64,000 nucleotides of DNA from positions 6,997,902 to 7,061,901 of the forward strand of contig MU053652.1 in assembly GCA_013239625.1 (NCBI GenBank), written 5' to 3'. The position numbers and the translations under genes were made by a program. This document shows positions 38,786 through 50,779 of the stretch, in pieces; positions within the stretch are counted from its first letter, which is position 1; each line of letters begins with the position of its first letter. The notes beneath the pieces are model-generated. The model did not search any database, was not told the origin of the DNA, and saw only the letters and a list, made by a program, of their open reading frames with translations. Origin of the DNA: Lama guanicoe. Its lineage: Eukaryota.

Positions 38786-40546
38786 CAAAAAATTATATGC
38801 CACAAAGAGGAAAAAAATAAAATAAAATGAAACACACAAAAAAATGTTTATGGTGGACTCTTCTTCCTGTGTAGTAAAAAATTTCAAACAATGCTTCCAT
38901 ATGCCTTGATTAGTTAATATTAATGGAATATGAGTGATGGGGTGCTAGCAAAAGTGTTTCGTTTATATGATAATAATTCCATTAGAAAGTGAGTGGGTTT
39001 AAATACCATTTAAATTTGAATGACTATACATTTATATTAATATCATTCTAACACAGGTTTAGTTACTAAATCAAGCCTGGAAAATCAAACGAATAAATAA
39101 TAAAAACCAAATTACTTGAAATTACTACAAAATCGCAATGTCAGTGGTGAAATAGAATCAGATGTAGACAATGTGAGGAAATTCACTGACCATGAAAACA
39201 GTGATACTTAGTAATATCTATTTACATTCAATTTTTCAGGTTTAAAATAGTTCTAAGTATGAAAAATTATAGCTAGTATCCATTAAATCCATGTTTGGGA
39301 AATAAACCACTATTATGAAAAAGAGTCCTTAGATTTTAGGATGAAAAGATGGCCTGATGGTAACAATTATTTTTTAAAAGTCACTAATGCATGACAGAAA
39401 TCACTCTTTCAGGAAAATATTAGTGAAGTGCTGATAATAAATATAAAAAGATCTACCTCTAAATATAAAATTTGCCATTACTGATTATTTAAATCACTAG
39501 GAATGTCTTCCTATTTATTATCACAATACTTTCTAAAATGCACTGTTTATGTATTTTCATCAATGTAACATATTTGGTTTATCATGGAAACTCCTTTATG
39601 TCTAACTCTGTTGGTTCCTGAAGTAGTTTAGGTTCTTAGTGAAGACCCTCAGGAGTACCTGCCCACACTACAAAGCCATTATGCCATTCAGTATGTTTAA
39701 CAAGACACATGGCTAGAATATCAGTGATGCACAAAATAAGTGTTGAGATCTGTTAGGGAAACCAGCTTAGCAACTTGCCCCATAATGCATGTCTCCAGAC
39801 AGCACTATCTATATAAGCAGCAAATGTTTGCTGTACCTTACTGATATTTACAGCAATAAGCATTGGATTCTCTGATTCCATTTTGTTCTCTGGAGTATGT
39901 ACAAATTAGATAAAACAACAATAAAATGGAACATGGCCAGGCATAAATGAAAATAACAAAATTAGAGACGGCAACACTTTGTAACAACTTAAAAATCACC
40001 TTCCAAGGTAGCAGTGATTTTCCTTGCTTGTATTTTCAAGACCTCCATCTACTCTTGTTTTAAGCTCTTTTCTTTAGGGCTTCATTATGTTCCTTGGGAG
40101 ACTATTTCACACTCTATTAGTTACAGTCAATTTTATCGCATTACTGGAAGTATAAACATCCACAGTTCTTTGCACCTCTTGAAAGCACATTTCTTCCTTC
40201 TTCGTACTTAACCTGTAGCCTAGCGCTTGAATTAAGGGATCATTTTACCCCTTCTAGCAATATGGTTTTAAGTGGGTAAAATTTTATTTCTCAATTTCAA
40301 ATTCTGTATTATATGAAGATAAGGTGCATATCTATTGTGAATCAGAAAAACTGCCCAGAACTTGGAAATAAGGCAAATAACCTGGGATACATATGCTTTC
40401 AATATTATACTTTAGCAAAAGCTACCCAAGTGTTGCTTAAGAGAATGTGCTTAGTTCACTTCTTTATTATTAATGAAAGGCCCCAGATTTAATGAGGTTA
40501 CTTGTTAATTTGTAGATTTTGTACAATAAAGATGAAAGTAACTCCT

Positions 40547-40952
40547 GATCATCATTCTAAGTGAAGTAAGACAGCAAGAGAAAGAAAAAATGCCATATGA
40601 TATCACTTATATGTGGAATCTAAAAAAAAGGACACAAATGAACTACTTATTATTTATAACTTAGATGACTGACTGGAATATGTGTAAGCACATTTGACTG
40701 TCCTTTATGATTGGATTACTGCATTCTGTTGATTCTTATTCTGTAGTTGGTTTGATTCCTTTGATAACTGTGTAAGTTTAGAAAGCTAAAGCTCTAAACT
40801 ATTCTTAGAAACAATAAACAGCATATATATGTAAATTTTTAAAAACATATGCAGTACATTTGTATATATGTATTTACATGCAATATATTGTATATTGACT
40901 GTATGTGCAAATTGTATCAGTTTTATCTAATAAAACTGAAAGATGAAAAAAA
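40547..40952 (+). mobile_element. Truncated L1 3' end (ORF2 terminus to poly(A)) with an atypical middle segment
   Basis: atcattctaagtgaagtaagacag.aagagaaagaaaaa...atatgatatcacttatatgtggaatctaaaaaaa; AATAAA plus A tract near 40929-40955; TSD aaagtaa(c/t)tcct at 40535-40546 and 40953-40964. Confidence 0.7.
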
Positions 40953-42894
40953 AAAGTAATTCCTATCTGCTAGAACAGATAACTTCAAAGATTTGTGATC
41001 TACTGGATATTAAAAAGTATTATGTCCAACTCAGCAATCTTATCCTAAAGTTTCTTTGATAAATTCCCTACAAATACCCTAACTACTTTAGTGCTATTTG
41101 AACCAGTCATAACATCTTACTGGTCCTTTCAGAAACTAGTAAGATAAATAAAATCTTTGACATGTGTTTATTTTATATTTGCCTGAGAGTCATGATTTCA
41201 CTTTTTAAAGTTATGCTTTAATCTATGCAATTATTAAAATCCCTCCAAGTAATATGAGTATTAAGTTAGAGACTCAGAACCTATATAGATTCTTGCTAAG
41301 AAATTTAAACACTGGTTGAACTAAGACTATATTAAAAGTATTATAACAGGAGAAGCCCAATTGAATTTGTCTGTAACGTACATCTTACTTTTCCTTGGTC
41401 ACTGTCCTTCATGTAGTTTACAGTTTGATAGTATGTCAGATGAATGACTTTTAAAAAATCTATTATTTCAGCAAAATGATATAATGTAACATCATTCAAT
41501 GCATTTACATTCCTAAGACCTTATCAAAAATCATTTCCACAATAAATTTTGCGTATTTTATTTCCATGTATATCAAACAGCAACATTGACTTACTTGTTA
41601 TTTAATAGAAACCTCCATATGTAATATTCAAGAATTCATTAAATCCATGTCCTGAGACATAGACATTTGTAAGTATACAAAACTAGGCAGTTTTCATTTC
41701 AATTAAAAATAGTCCACTGCTCCCCACTTCTACAAAAAGATGTGTTTGTAATATAAAACACAGACTGTTGTACACTAGCTTGATTTTGTGCCATTATATT
41801 TACCTGTTCAAAAATATCACTTTTTGTGGTAAAGAACATAGAATGTGAAGAAAAATATAAAGTATGCAGGTGGAATGATAAAGGGTGAAATATAAAGAAG
41901 CAAAAAGTGGGACTACACAAACTGTATTGAGTTAATAATTACTTCTGACACTTGCCACACAATAGCAAATATAAAATTGTGCTCAGCCTTAGAAGTAAAT
42001 AAGAAGTGTTAAAAGAAATTGAAAAGTATCACCTACTCTGAACTCATCAAAGTGAAATTAGAAATCTCTATCCGTATCATTGGGAATGTATACCGATATA
42101 TTTTAGTTTGCCTAGAAATAGTTGCTTCAGGTACTCAAAATTTATTTGTATATTAATTGATGACTTAAATATTGTCTTTACGTTCCCTGAAAAAATTGTG
42201 TGCATTCGGATGATTTATTTGAGATGGAAAAACTAAAGAAAGATCATTTATTTGATTTTTGCCTGGGTGCTGCTTCAGAGAAATCATTTCCAGATGCCCG
42301 GAGATATAAAATACACTAAAGAATATTATCTTAATTCCATTTCAGAGATAGACGTATCAGAAGTAAATAAAAGCCATTTCCTTCAGCCACTTTCCCAATA
42401 CCAACTTAGTCAGCCATCTCCACAAGAATGAGCCTCATAATTAATAAAGCTTTTAGAAATAAGGCTACAAATAAGGCTCTCAATTCACTCTCATATCTCC
42501 AAGTATATTGAATTCTTGTGACTAAAAAAAAAAACTAGCAAGCTGGTTTAATTGCATTCTGGCTTCTCAATTATCTCATGCAGATGATTTAGTACAGAAA
42601 TGATAATATTCTTCTCTAAGCAACATAAATACATCTAAACAAAAATTGTCCGAAGGGGATGCCTGAAAATCTGCTTTCTTCTGTGTGCTACAAATAGATG
42701 CCATGAATTGTCTGATGGTAATAGATATTAGCAACAGGGTTAATTTTATATAAGGTATGGTTATTTTAAAAGCACAGAGAAATCAAAGTCTGACTGTGTT
42801 GAAAATTATATAAAACAAGAAAAAGTCTTAAGTCTAAGAATTTATGAGCAGTCTAGGAAAACAGTATCCAAGCCCTCTTTTCTTGATAAGCCTT

Positions 42895-44370
42895 ATTTTA
42901 ATAATTTTTAAAAATAAAAGTAGTATACACACAGAATTATATTCAAATCAGAGCTCAAAGAGTTAATCACAAAATAAACATACAAATGTGACTACCACAA
43001 AAGACAAGAAAATTACCACTGATGCCACCCCATAAGCTCCCCTCTTGCCATTTTATAATCGCTACCCTTATTCCTCCTCAAAGATTACCATCACACTGAA
43101 TTCTAAGAGTCCTGATTAATTTTTTTTTTGTTTTTGAACTTCAAATAACTTGAAGCATACAATACGCATTTCTTGGGCTAGTATCTTTCACTCAGTGTAA
43201 GTGAAATTCACCTATGCTTATTACTTTAACAGTAATTATTTCACATTGATTGTTATATAGCATCCTAATATATGAATATACCACACTTTATCCATTCTAC
43301 TATTTATAGGCATTTGGGAGATTTTCACTTTGGGGCTATTAAAAACAATGCTGAATTGGATAGTTTTGTACATCTCTTGGTGCATAATTACACACATTTC
43401 TGTTGAGAATACAGGAATAGAATTCTTATGTTATAGGTTACACATTCATTAAACTTTAGAAGACACTGCTAAGTAGTTTTCCAAAATTATTTAACAATTT
43501 ATAGTTACATCAGAAATGGGGTTGTTCCACATCATTGTAAGATCTTGGTATTAGCATTATTTTAATATTTAACCATTATTACAATGTGTAGGATATTATA
43601 TTGAGGTTGTATTTCCCTGATAAATAATGAGGTTGAACATCTTCTAGGATATTCATTGACCATTTGGATATCTTCTTTTAAAGAGCTTGCTCAATCCTCT
43701 CATGAATTTTTCTGTTGCACAACCTGTATCATTTCTACTTATTTGTAGGAGATCTTTGTATACATTGGACAAGAAGCTTTTGACCATTATTTATGCTGCA
43801 ATAATGTTCACCTACTCAATGGCTTGATTTTTCACTCTTAATAGTATCTTTTGATAAATAGAATTTCTTAATTAAAAAATAATACTACCAATAGTTTATT
43901 TTTAGTGATGCTTATAGTCTATCTTAGAATATTAAAAATCTTAGTATCTTCAAGAAGACTCTTTTTTTACCATTCATATTTAGATATATAATCCACCTGG
44001 AACTGAATTTTGTCTACTGTGTCAAATAGTGATTGAAAAATGTCCCCATTTTTTGGTATATATGGTTGGCCCAGCACTATTCACTGAGGTAAATCATCCT
44101 TTCTCACTATTTTGCAGTTACATCTTTATCATAAATCAAGAGTCACTGTACGTGTCCTATCCATTGACTCTACTGTATTAAACTATTTGTCTATCATTGT
44201 GCCAATTTAGTATTCATCTTGAAATAAATACTGAAATTCATGTTTGTTCTATTTTAGGAAGATCCTAGCTATTCTTTTACAATTTTAACATAAATTTAAA
44301 ATAAATTCAATGTGTAAATTTTTATAAACACAGCAGGTAGAATTTTCATTACTATCACACTGAATCTATA
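42895..44370 (-). mobile_element. Old L1ME/L1MC 3' region
   Basis: tatgaatataccaca.tttatccattctact, gggcatttggg...ttttcactttggggctatt, atttccctgata.ataatgaggttgaacatctt, aatccacctggaactga. Confidence 0.88.
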
Positions 44371-45839
44371 TGCTTTCCACCAAACCAGTGTGTAGCAGGA
44401 AAGACAGATGACTACATCTGAATTTACTAAACAAGAGTCAGAAAGTTTAAAGGAGTATATATTGCCATTCCTATTCCTTATTCAAAGGACAAGTTCCAAT
44501 GACTGGCAGTAAGTGACTCTGGCTGAGAAACAGGCTTAAGTCACTGAAACAGCAAAACACCAAAACAATCTATCAGTGGATGATGGTTAGAGATACAGTA
44601 TCATAATTTACTCTTGCCTCTTCACAACTTGTTAACTTGCTAGTTGCAAACCACAACCAATTAATCTCAACTGAGGACATCTATATCTGAAAAACAAGGA
44701 AAAAGTGGTGGTCTCCTAGAAGTGTATAGAAACACATATGTATAGAAAAAGTCTAACAAGCATTTGAGGAAAAGAAATTAACATCCAAATGTGTTATTAA
44801 GAAATGTGTTTAAATACATATTAAGTAATTGAAGGAATGCACAAAGTTGGAATTAAGTGTTTTTAGAAATGTGTAAGTCATTTATTTCTGTGATTGAGAG
44901 TGATCTTATATTTCAGAGGGCGTCACTGTAACAAGTCTACGTACAAACACTGATATAAATATTTTAAAAATCACATGGAGAGTATTTATTCACTGAAATT
45001 ATTGACCATATTTGTTGTGGCTTTAATGTTCTTTTTGTGTAACTATATTGGTTACCATCTCTGAGACAATTCATGAGGTTTTAATGAAGTGCATACTAAA
45101 TATGCTGTAATAATTGTTTGAAGCTTCTGTCAAATATTACTGTGCTTAGTCAATCATGCATCACCAATGTTGTGATTTGCAGTAATAAAGTTATGGCATG
45201 GTAATTTTTTTTGGAACATTGCAGCATATGGTGCCAGATGTCAAGGACATACTAATTAATGAGAAAATTAATGCACAGATACTAGACCACAGTAATGTGT
45301 TTGCAGCCAAGGCTCAAGGTGTAACTCGGAAAGCAATTTGAAATTTTAAGGTTAGTATTACACAAAACTTAATATCCTTAATAGTAATATACAAACAAAA
45401 TATTCATGGTCTTTGGAACAATGAGAACATAGAAAGCATGCTATTTATCCAAGTATTCTGTCTTCCCCTTTCAGACAGGAATTGTGCTGAAAAAAGCACT
45501 ATGTCGCATACTTGATTAAACATCGTCATCAAAAATATCTTTTACATTCCCGCTGGATAACCTCAAGAATTAAGAACATGCTTCAGGATGGAACCATCAT
45601 CTATAGGTCAGGCAGGCACTAGTCCAGTCTTTTTGCCTCAGGCTTCCTCAGTGGGAAACAGAAATGTGGTTGAACAGCCAAAAGGCTTCCCAATTGAAGG
45701 TCTTCCCACCTCTATCAAGCAATCTCAATATCTAACTGATTTATAGTTACACAGTTCAAGTTTTCATAATAAAAATGCTACCACTTTACATTGCTGTAGG
45801 CTTTAAAGATTTTTACAAATTACTTTGTGACATATAAGT

Positions 45840-46240
45840 TAAAAGCCTGAGTTCTGGAGACAGATTAGACAAATTCCCAAGGACAAACTCCAACTCCAGG
45901 ACTCGGGATCTTTGTAATGTTGGGAACGTTATCTAAACTCTGTTAGTCAGCTTTTCCCCTTTGCAAGGGAAATTATTACAGCATCCACTTCAACGAGCTG
46001 TTGAGATACTCCATGTAAAGTGTTATAACAATGCCCGGCGTTTAAAAAAAAAATCTCAGTAAATGTAATGCTGATTATTCTCTCTGCAGCTCAATTATGT
46101 AGTTATTATATTCACAATGATTACAGATGAAGAAATTTGAACAAAATGTTTAAATGGCTTTCCAAAGGTTACAGAGGTGATAAGTTACAGAGTTGGAACT
46201 TGAATCTAGGACCAGAGCTCAAAAATCTAGATTCTCACTG
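45840..46240. mobile_element. Two adjacent MIR SINEs in opposite orientation
   Basis: 45840-46070: ttctggagacagatt.gac...atgtaaagtg.t.taacaatgcccggc; 46090-46240: ttacagatgaagaaatt.ga...ccaaaggttacaga...ttggaacttgaatctagg. Confidence 0.7.
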
Positions 46241-48054
46241 CTTTCTCACTACTTGATAGTGATGGACAAAAATGACCCGGGTTTATCTGATGGAATATGT
46301 TAATTCAGGGGACTATCATATGCTTATTTTCAGGTTTCATTTGACTCTGTTTAAACATAACTAACCCACCATGTTAAGAATAAACACTTTAGAATTCTTC
46401 CAGATCTTGTCCCCAAATTTCAAACTCAGACGTGCATTTGACAAGCTGCATTACTGGTAACAGCTATTTAAAAATTACTGCATTAAAGGCAAGGAAAGGC
46501 AGCTTCAGCTACACGCCCTTCCTTGTGGTAAATGTTCAGATCATGACACGATACTTAGGGAAATGTAAGTAAACCAGTATGGAGAAAATAATGTGTACTG
46601 CAAAATGCAAACAATTCAAAATAAAACTGAGACTTTCAACACTACAACTGTACACTTTAACCCATAATTCTTCAGTTTTATAGGCCTGTTCCTTGCAACT
46701 GAAAATCACAAGAGTTATCCCACTTTGCAAACTGGAAACAAAAAACAAGCTGCAAGAAAACATACGTCTATCTACATATCAGTTCTCTAGGAGATCCCCT
46801 CCCTATAGGTTGCAGGCAGCCTTGAACCTCCCTGACTTTCCCAGCTGTCAACCCCAACTCTCATTTTATACACTCTTTCTAGTTCCTTACAAAGATTTTA
46901 AGCCTACAGTTCCAGGAAAATAAAAGACATTCCCATGGGAATGCTGAAATCACCAATATTGCCCACCAGAGAACAAAAAGAGTTGTAAAAAGTTGCTTGC
47001 TGAGGCAGGTTCAGAAGGATTATTCTGAGAGCTGCTTGCAAATTGAAAGAATGAAGCCTAAGTGACCTACATCAAATAGGATATTAAAATATGTTTAACA
47101 TACAAATCCAGAAGCATGACCAGTAATAGAAATAGAACCATGTCATCCTTGTTAAAAATATGAAAATCATTAGCAGATTTCATTGACTCCTCAATGACCC
47201 GGTAAAAGTAGTTTGAACCTAAAGAAGCAAATCTAATTTTGAATAGGCATTACCACTGATAAAACTGACTCTTTTCTGAATGTATATTTATTATCTCAAG
47301 TACAAAGAAAAATTTTTCTTTCCCTATCTCCCTCCTCTACGTTTTATTTTCTCTCTCATACTTTGTGTAAAGTCTAATAGAATATTTAATAAAAATTTTA
47401 AATGCAAACTAATCCATGAGCTCACTAGTCTGAATTAATAAAAAAAACTGAATTATGTATTTTAAGAGTACAGTTTCATTATTTTTCAGTATAGAAGACT
47501 CTAACTTCAAAACTACAACAACAATAAAATCTACACATAAAAAAATCTTACTGAATACTCTATGAGGAGAGTTATATAGGAACATCTGGCTGCAATTCTG
47601 GTCTCTTCAACTAAAAGGAAATAATACGAGATTTGTAACCATAAGCCAGACTCATGTTGCTTCCATTCAGTCTCCAAGACTCAATATATGTTTAGTGAAA
47701 TTGCATAATTACTTTTGATGCTATCATCTTTAAAATGTATTAAGTTTTTCTCTGTCTTTAAGGATTACAAGATGTTTCTTTATTTCTGGATGGCAAATAA
47801 CATAATTATCATACCATGATAATTAAAGAAACTCTTATCGTAAGTTTTACTCACTTATTCCTTGAGACTCCTGATGTTTTTAAGTATATTTTCTATATAG
47901 TGGTCCTCAAAATGAGAAATCTGGATAAGTTCTGAGAATAGTCCTAGCAATTCTGGTTGCCAGTAAATTAATGATAAAATTAAGATTTCAAGAACTAAAA
48001 GTAATCATTTTAAGAAAAATATAATTGATTTAGAATACCTTTAAATATACAGTG

Positions 48055-48735
48055 CGTATAAGAGCCAAAAATTACATTCAGCTGATAGTAAAAGAGACCT
48101 GTCAATATAGTGACTTAAACATACTAGTATTTTTTTTTTTTTGGTGCAAAATAATCCTCCATCCTTTTCAGTTGCTTTCTATCCTCAAGTTTACCTCATA
48201 GTTACAAGATGATTCTGGAGCTCCAGCCATCACATCCACAGCCCAAGCAGGAAGAACAAAGTGAGCTTTCTTAGATGACCCATCAGACTTTTTCCCCCTA
48301 GCTTTACTCAGACATACCTGACATACAACAATGCATTAATTTTAGGTGTACAACATAATGATTTGATATGTATACACTGTGGGATGATTAGCACAATGTT
48401 AGTTAGCATATCCATCATCTCACATAGTTACAATTTTATTTTTCTTGTGTTAAGACCTCTTAAAACCTACTCTTTTAGCATCCTTGAAATAAAGAATACA
48501 ATATTGTTAACTAAAGTCACAATGCTATGCATTACATCATCAAAATTTATCTTAAAACTGGAAGCCACTGCAATTTTACTTATATGTCATGCAGACCCTA
48601 TTTATTAAAGGTAAAATAAGAGTTATAATTGTTGTTTACTGGGTACATTGCCATCCTAAACAATGCAGAGGTTCTATTACTGAGGAAGGAGAGACCGCAC
48701 AGTTAGCAGGCAATTAATTAGCAGCTTTTACTAAA
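48055..48735 (-). mobile_element. MLT1-group LTR interrupted by an L1 3' end
   Basis: caatatagtgacttaaaca...atcctcaagtttacctcatagttacaagatg..tctggagctccagccatcacatcc; resumes ctgggtacattgcc...ggttctattactgaggaagga. Confidence 0.7.
48292..48570 (-). mobile_element. L1MA-like 3' end inserted in the MLT1 LTR
   Basis: tttaggtgtacaacataatgatttgatatgtatacactgtg..atgatta.cacaat...ccatcatctcacatagttaca...tactcttttagca. Confidence 0.88.
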
Positions 48736-50169
48736 CAGTCACCAACTGTTACTGAGCTTCCTTGTGAATAAGATAAGTGGATAGTCAAAAGCATTAGATA
48801 TTTCATTTACTTTAAGGGACTCTGTAAGATTTCCTTTTTGGAGGCATTAAAATTAGGAGAACTTTTAGTAGTTATTAAATTTAATTAAATTCATTTCCTT
48901 AGACATTTAGTACAGTGTTAAACGAATACATTACACATACAAAATAATCAACCTCTACTTGGTAAGACAGTAAATAGCATACTATAAGGCAGAATGGAAC
49001 AAGGCTAAATAGCACTTATCTACAACTTATCTTTGATGGATCAAGGGAAAACATCTGTTCTTCCTGAAGGAATTAAAAAAAAAGTTTCACAATGAAAATG
49101 GACTTGGAGATGGGTATTTATACATAAATTTAACAAATATCTTTAGACAGCATGTCTTCTTATATGAGAAGTTTACCTGTTAGACAGTTTTAGTCTATTT
49201 TGAATGTCTCTTCCTAACTCCTGATCATTCTTCAGTCTAATGTGATTAGCTCTCCACTCCCACCATCCTACTCACAATGAGCTTTCTAGTTCAGTTCATT
49301 TCAACATATATTTATTGAAACACCTGAGGGTCATCTAAATAAAAGTCCAATGGGTATTTCTATTTATATATATTCTCTCTCTCCAACATGTGGTGCTGTT
49401 AATTATCCTGTATTTTCATTCTTTCATTTTATAATTATTTACTGAATGTCTGAAAACTGTCAGGTCTTAGTAATGAGAACCCAAAACCACTTACTTCCCT
49501 ATCTAGCAATAAATAACCAAATACAGCATTTCTGTTATCTTTAAATTTTTACAACTACACTTTTTGAATACTAACAGAATTATTTCTTCGTTTGGCTTCC
49601 ATTGTCTTACAATGGCTAGCCAATGGGACTGCCTGCGTAAACTCGAAGATAACGCTTATATCTCAAGGTTGAATAAAGAAGAGCTATTAAGTTAAAACAA
49701 ACAGAGTTTCTCACTAAACTGGACAAGATATTCTTCAAGAAGAAAGGGATGTTCAGAATTGACTAGACTGATTACTGCAAATAAATAAGTTTAGCATTTG
49801 TGATACCCTTATGATCCTTGAAATAGCAGCATGAGCAAAGACAAACATTTTAAAAATTAAGATCAGATTTCTGTGGATGATAAACTTAAGAATTATGGAA
49901 TGCAAAATATGCCAGTGCCTAAAAGTCAAGGGAATGAAGTGAATAAAGTCAAGTGTCTGTTGGACAGTTCACTTAGACAGCAATATATACTAGCACAATC
50001 TGTTACCAGTCACCATTTTGCTTTGATGGTGCTCAGTGATTCACTGCCTAAAATTCATGAGTGATTTGGGGAATAGAACAACAATCTGTGTGTGTGTGTT
50101 TTAAATATATCTTTACTATGAAACATTTCAAGCAATTCGGTAAATGTGCTTGAAATTATTACTGATTGT

Positions 50170-50779
50170 CAACCAATGTGGTATACCACATTAACAAAAG
50201 GAAGGATAACAATCACAGGTGTTCATCTCAATAGGTAGAGAAACAAGCATTTGACAAAACTCAACATCCATTCATGGTAAAACTCTCAGCAAAGTTGGTA
50301 TAGAAGGAACATATCTCCACATAATAAAAGCCACTTATCATAAACCCACAGTTAACATCATACTCAACAGTGAAAAGCCAAATGCTTCTCCTCTAAAATG
50401 AGGAACAAGACAAGCATGCCCACTCCCACCACTTCTATTTAAGATAATATTGGAAGTTCTAGTGATGAAAACCAGAGAAGAAAAAATAAAAGGCATCCAA
50501 CCCGAAGAAAAGTAAACTATCACTATTTGCAGATGACATGATACTATAGATAGAAAACCATAAAGGCTCCACCAGAAAAACTATTAGATACAAGATTAAT
50601 ATACAAATACTACACACTAATAAGGAAGTATTGGAAAGAGAAAGCAAAATTAAAAAAAAAATCTTGTTTAAAATTGCATCAAAAAGAATAAAATACATAG
50701 GAATAAATTTAACCAAGGAGGTGAAAGATGTATATTGTGAAAACTATAAAATACTGATGAAGGAAATTGAAGATGATTC
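50170..50779 (+). mobile_element. L1 ORF2 RT-region fragment, frameshifted
   Basis: gcatttgacaaaactcaacatccattcatg (AFDK.QHPFM), ggaacaagacaagcatgcccactc (GTRQ.CPL), tcactatttgcagatgacatgata (SLFADDMI). Confidence 0.93.

Noticed and set aside
38830..39600. Possible piggyBac-like transposase remnant (acidic-looking stretch near 39110-39210)
   Set aside because: Resemblance too vague; no TIRs or TTAA-flanked ends identified. Needs nhmmer against Dfam.
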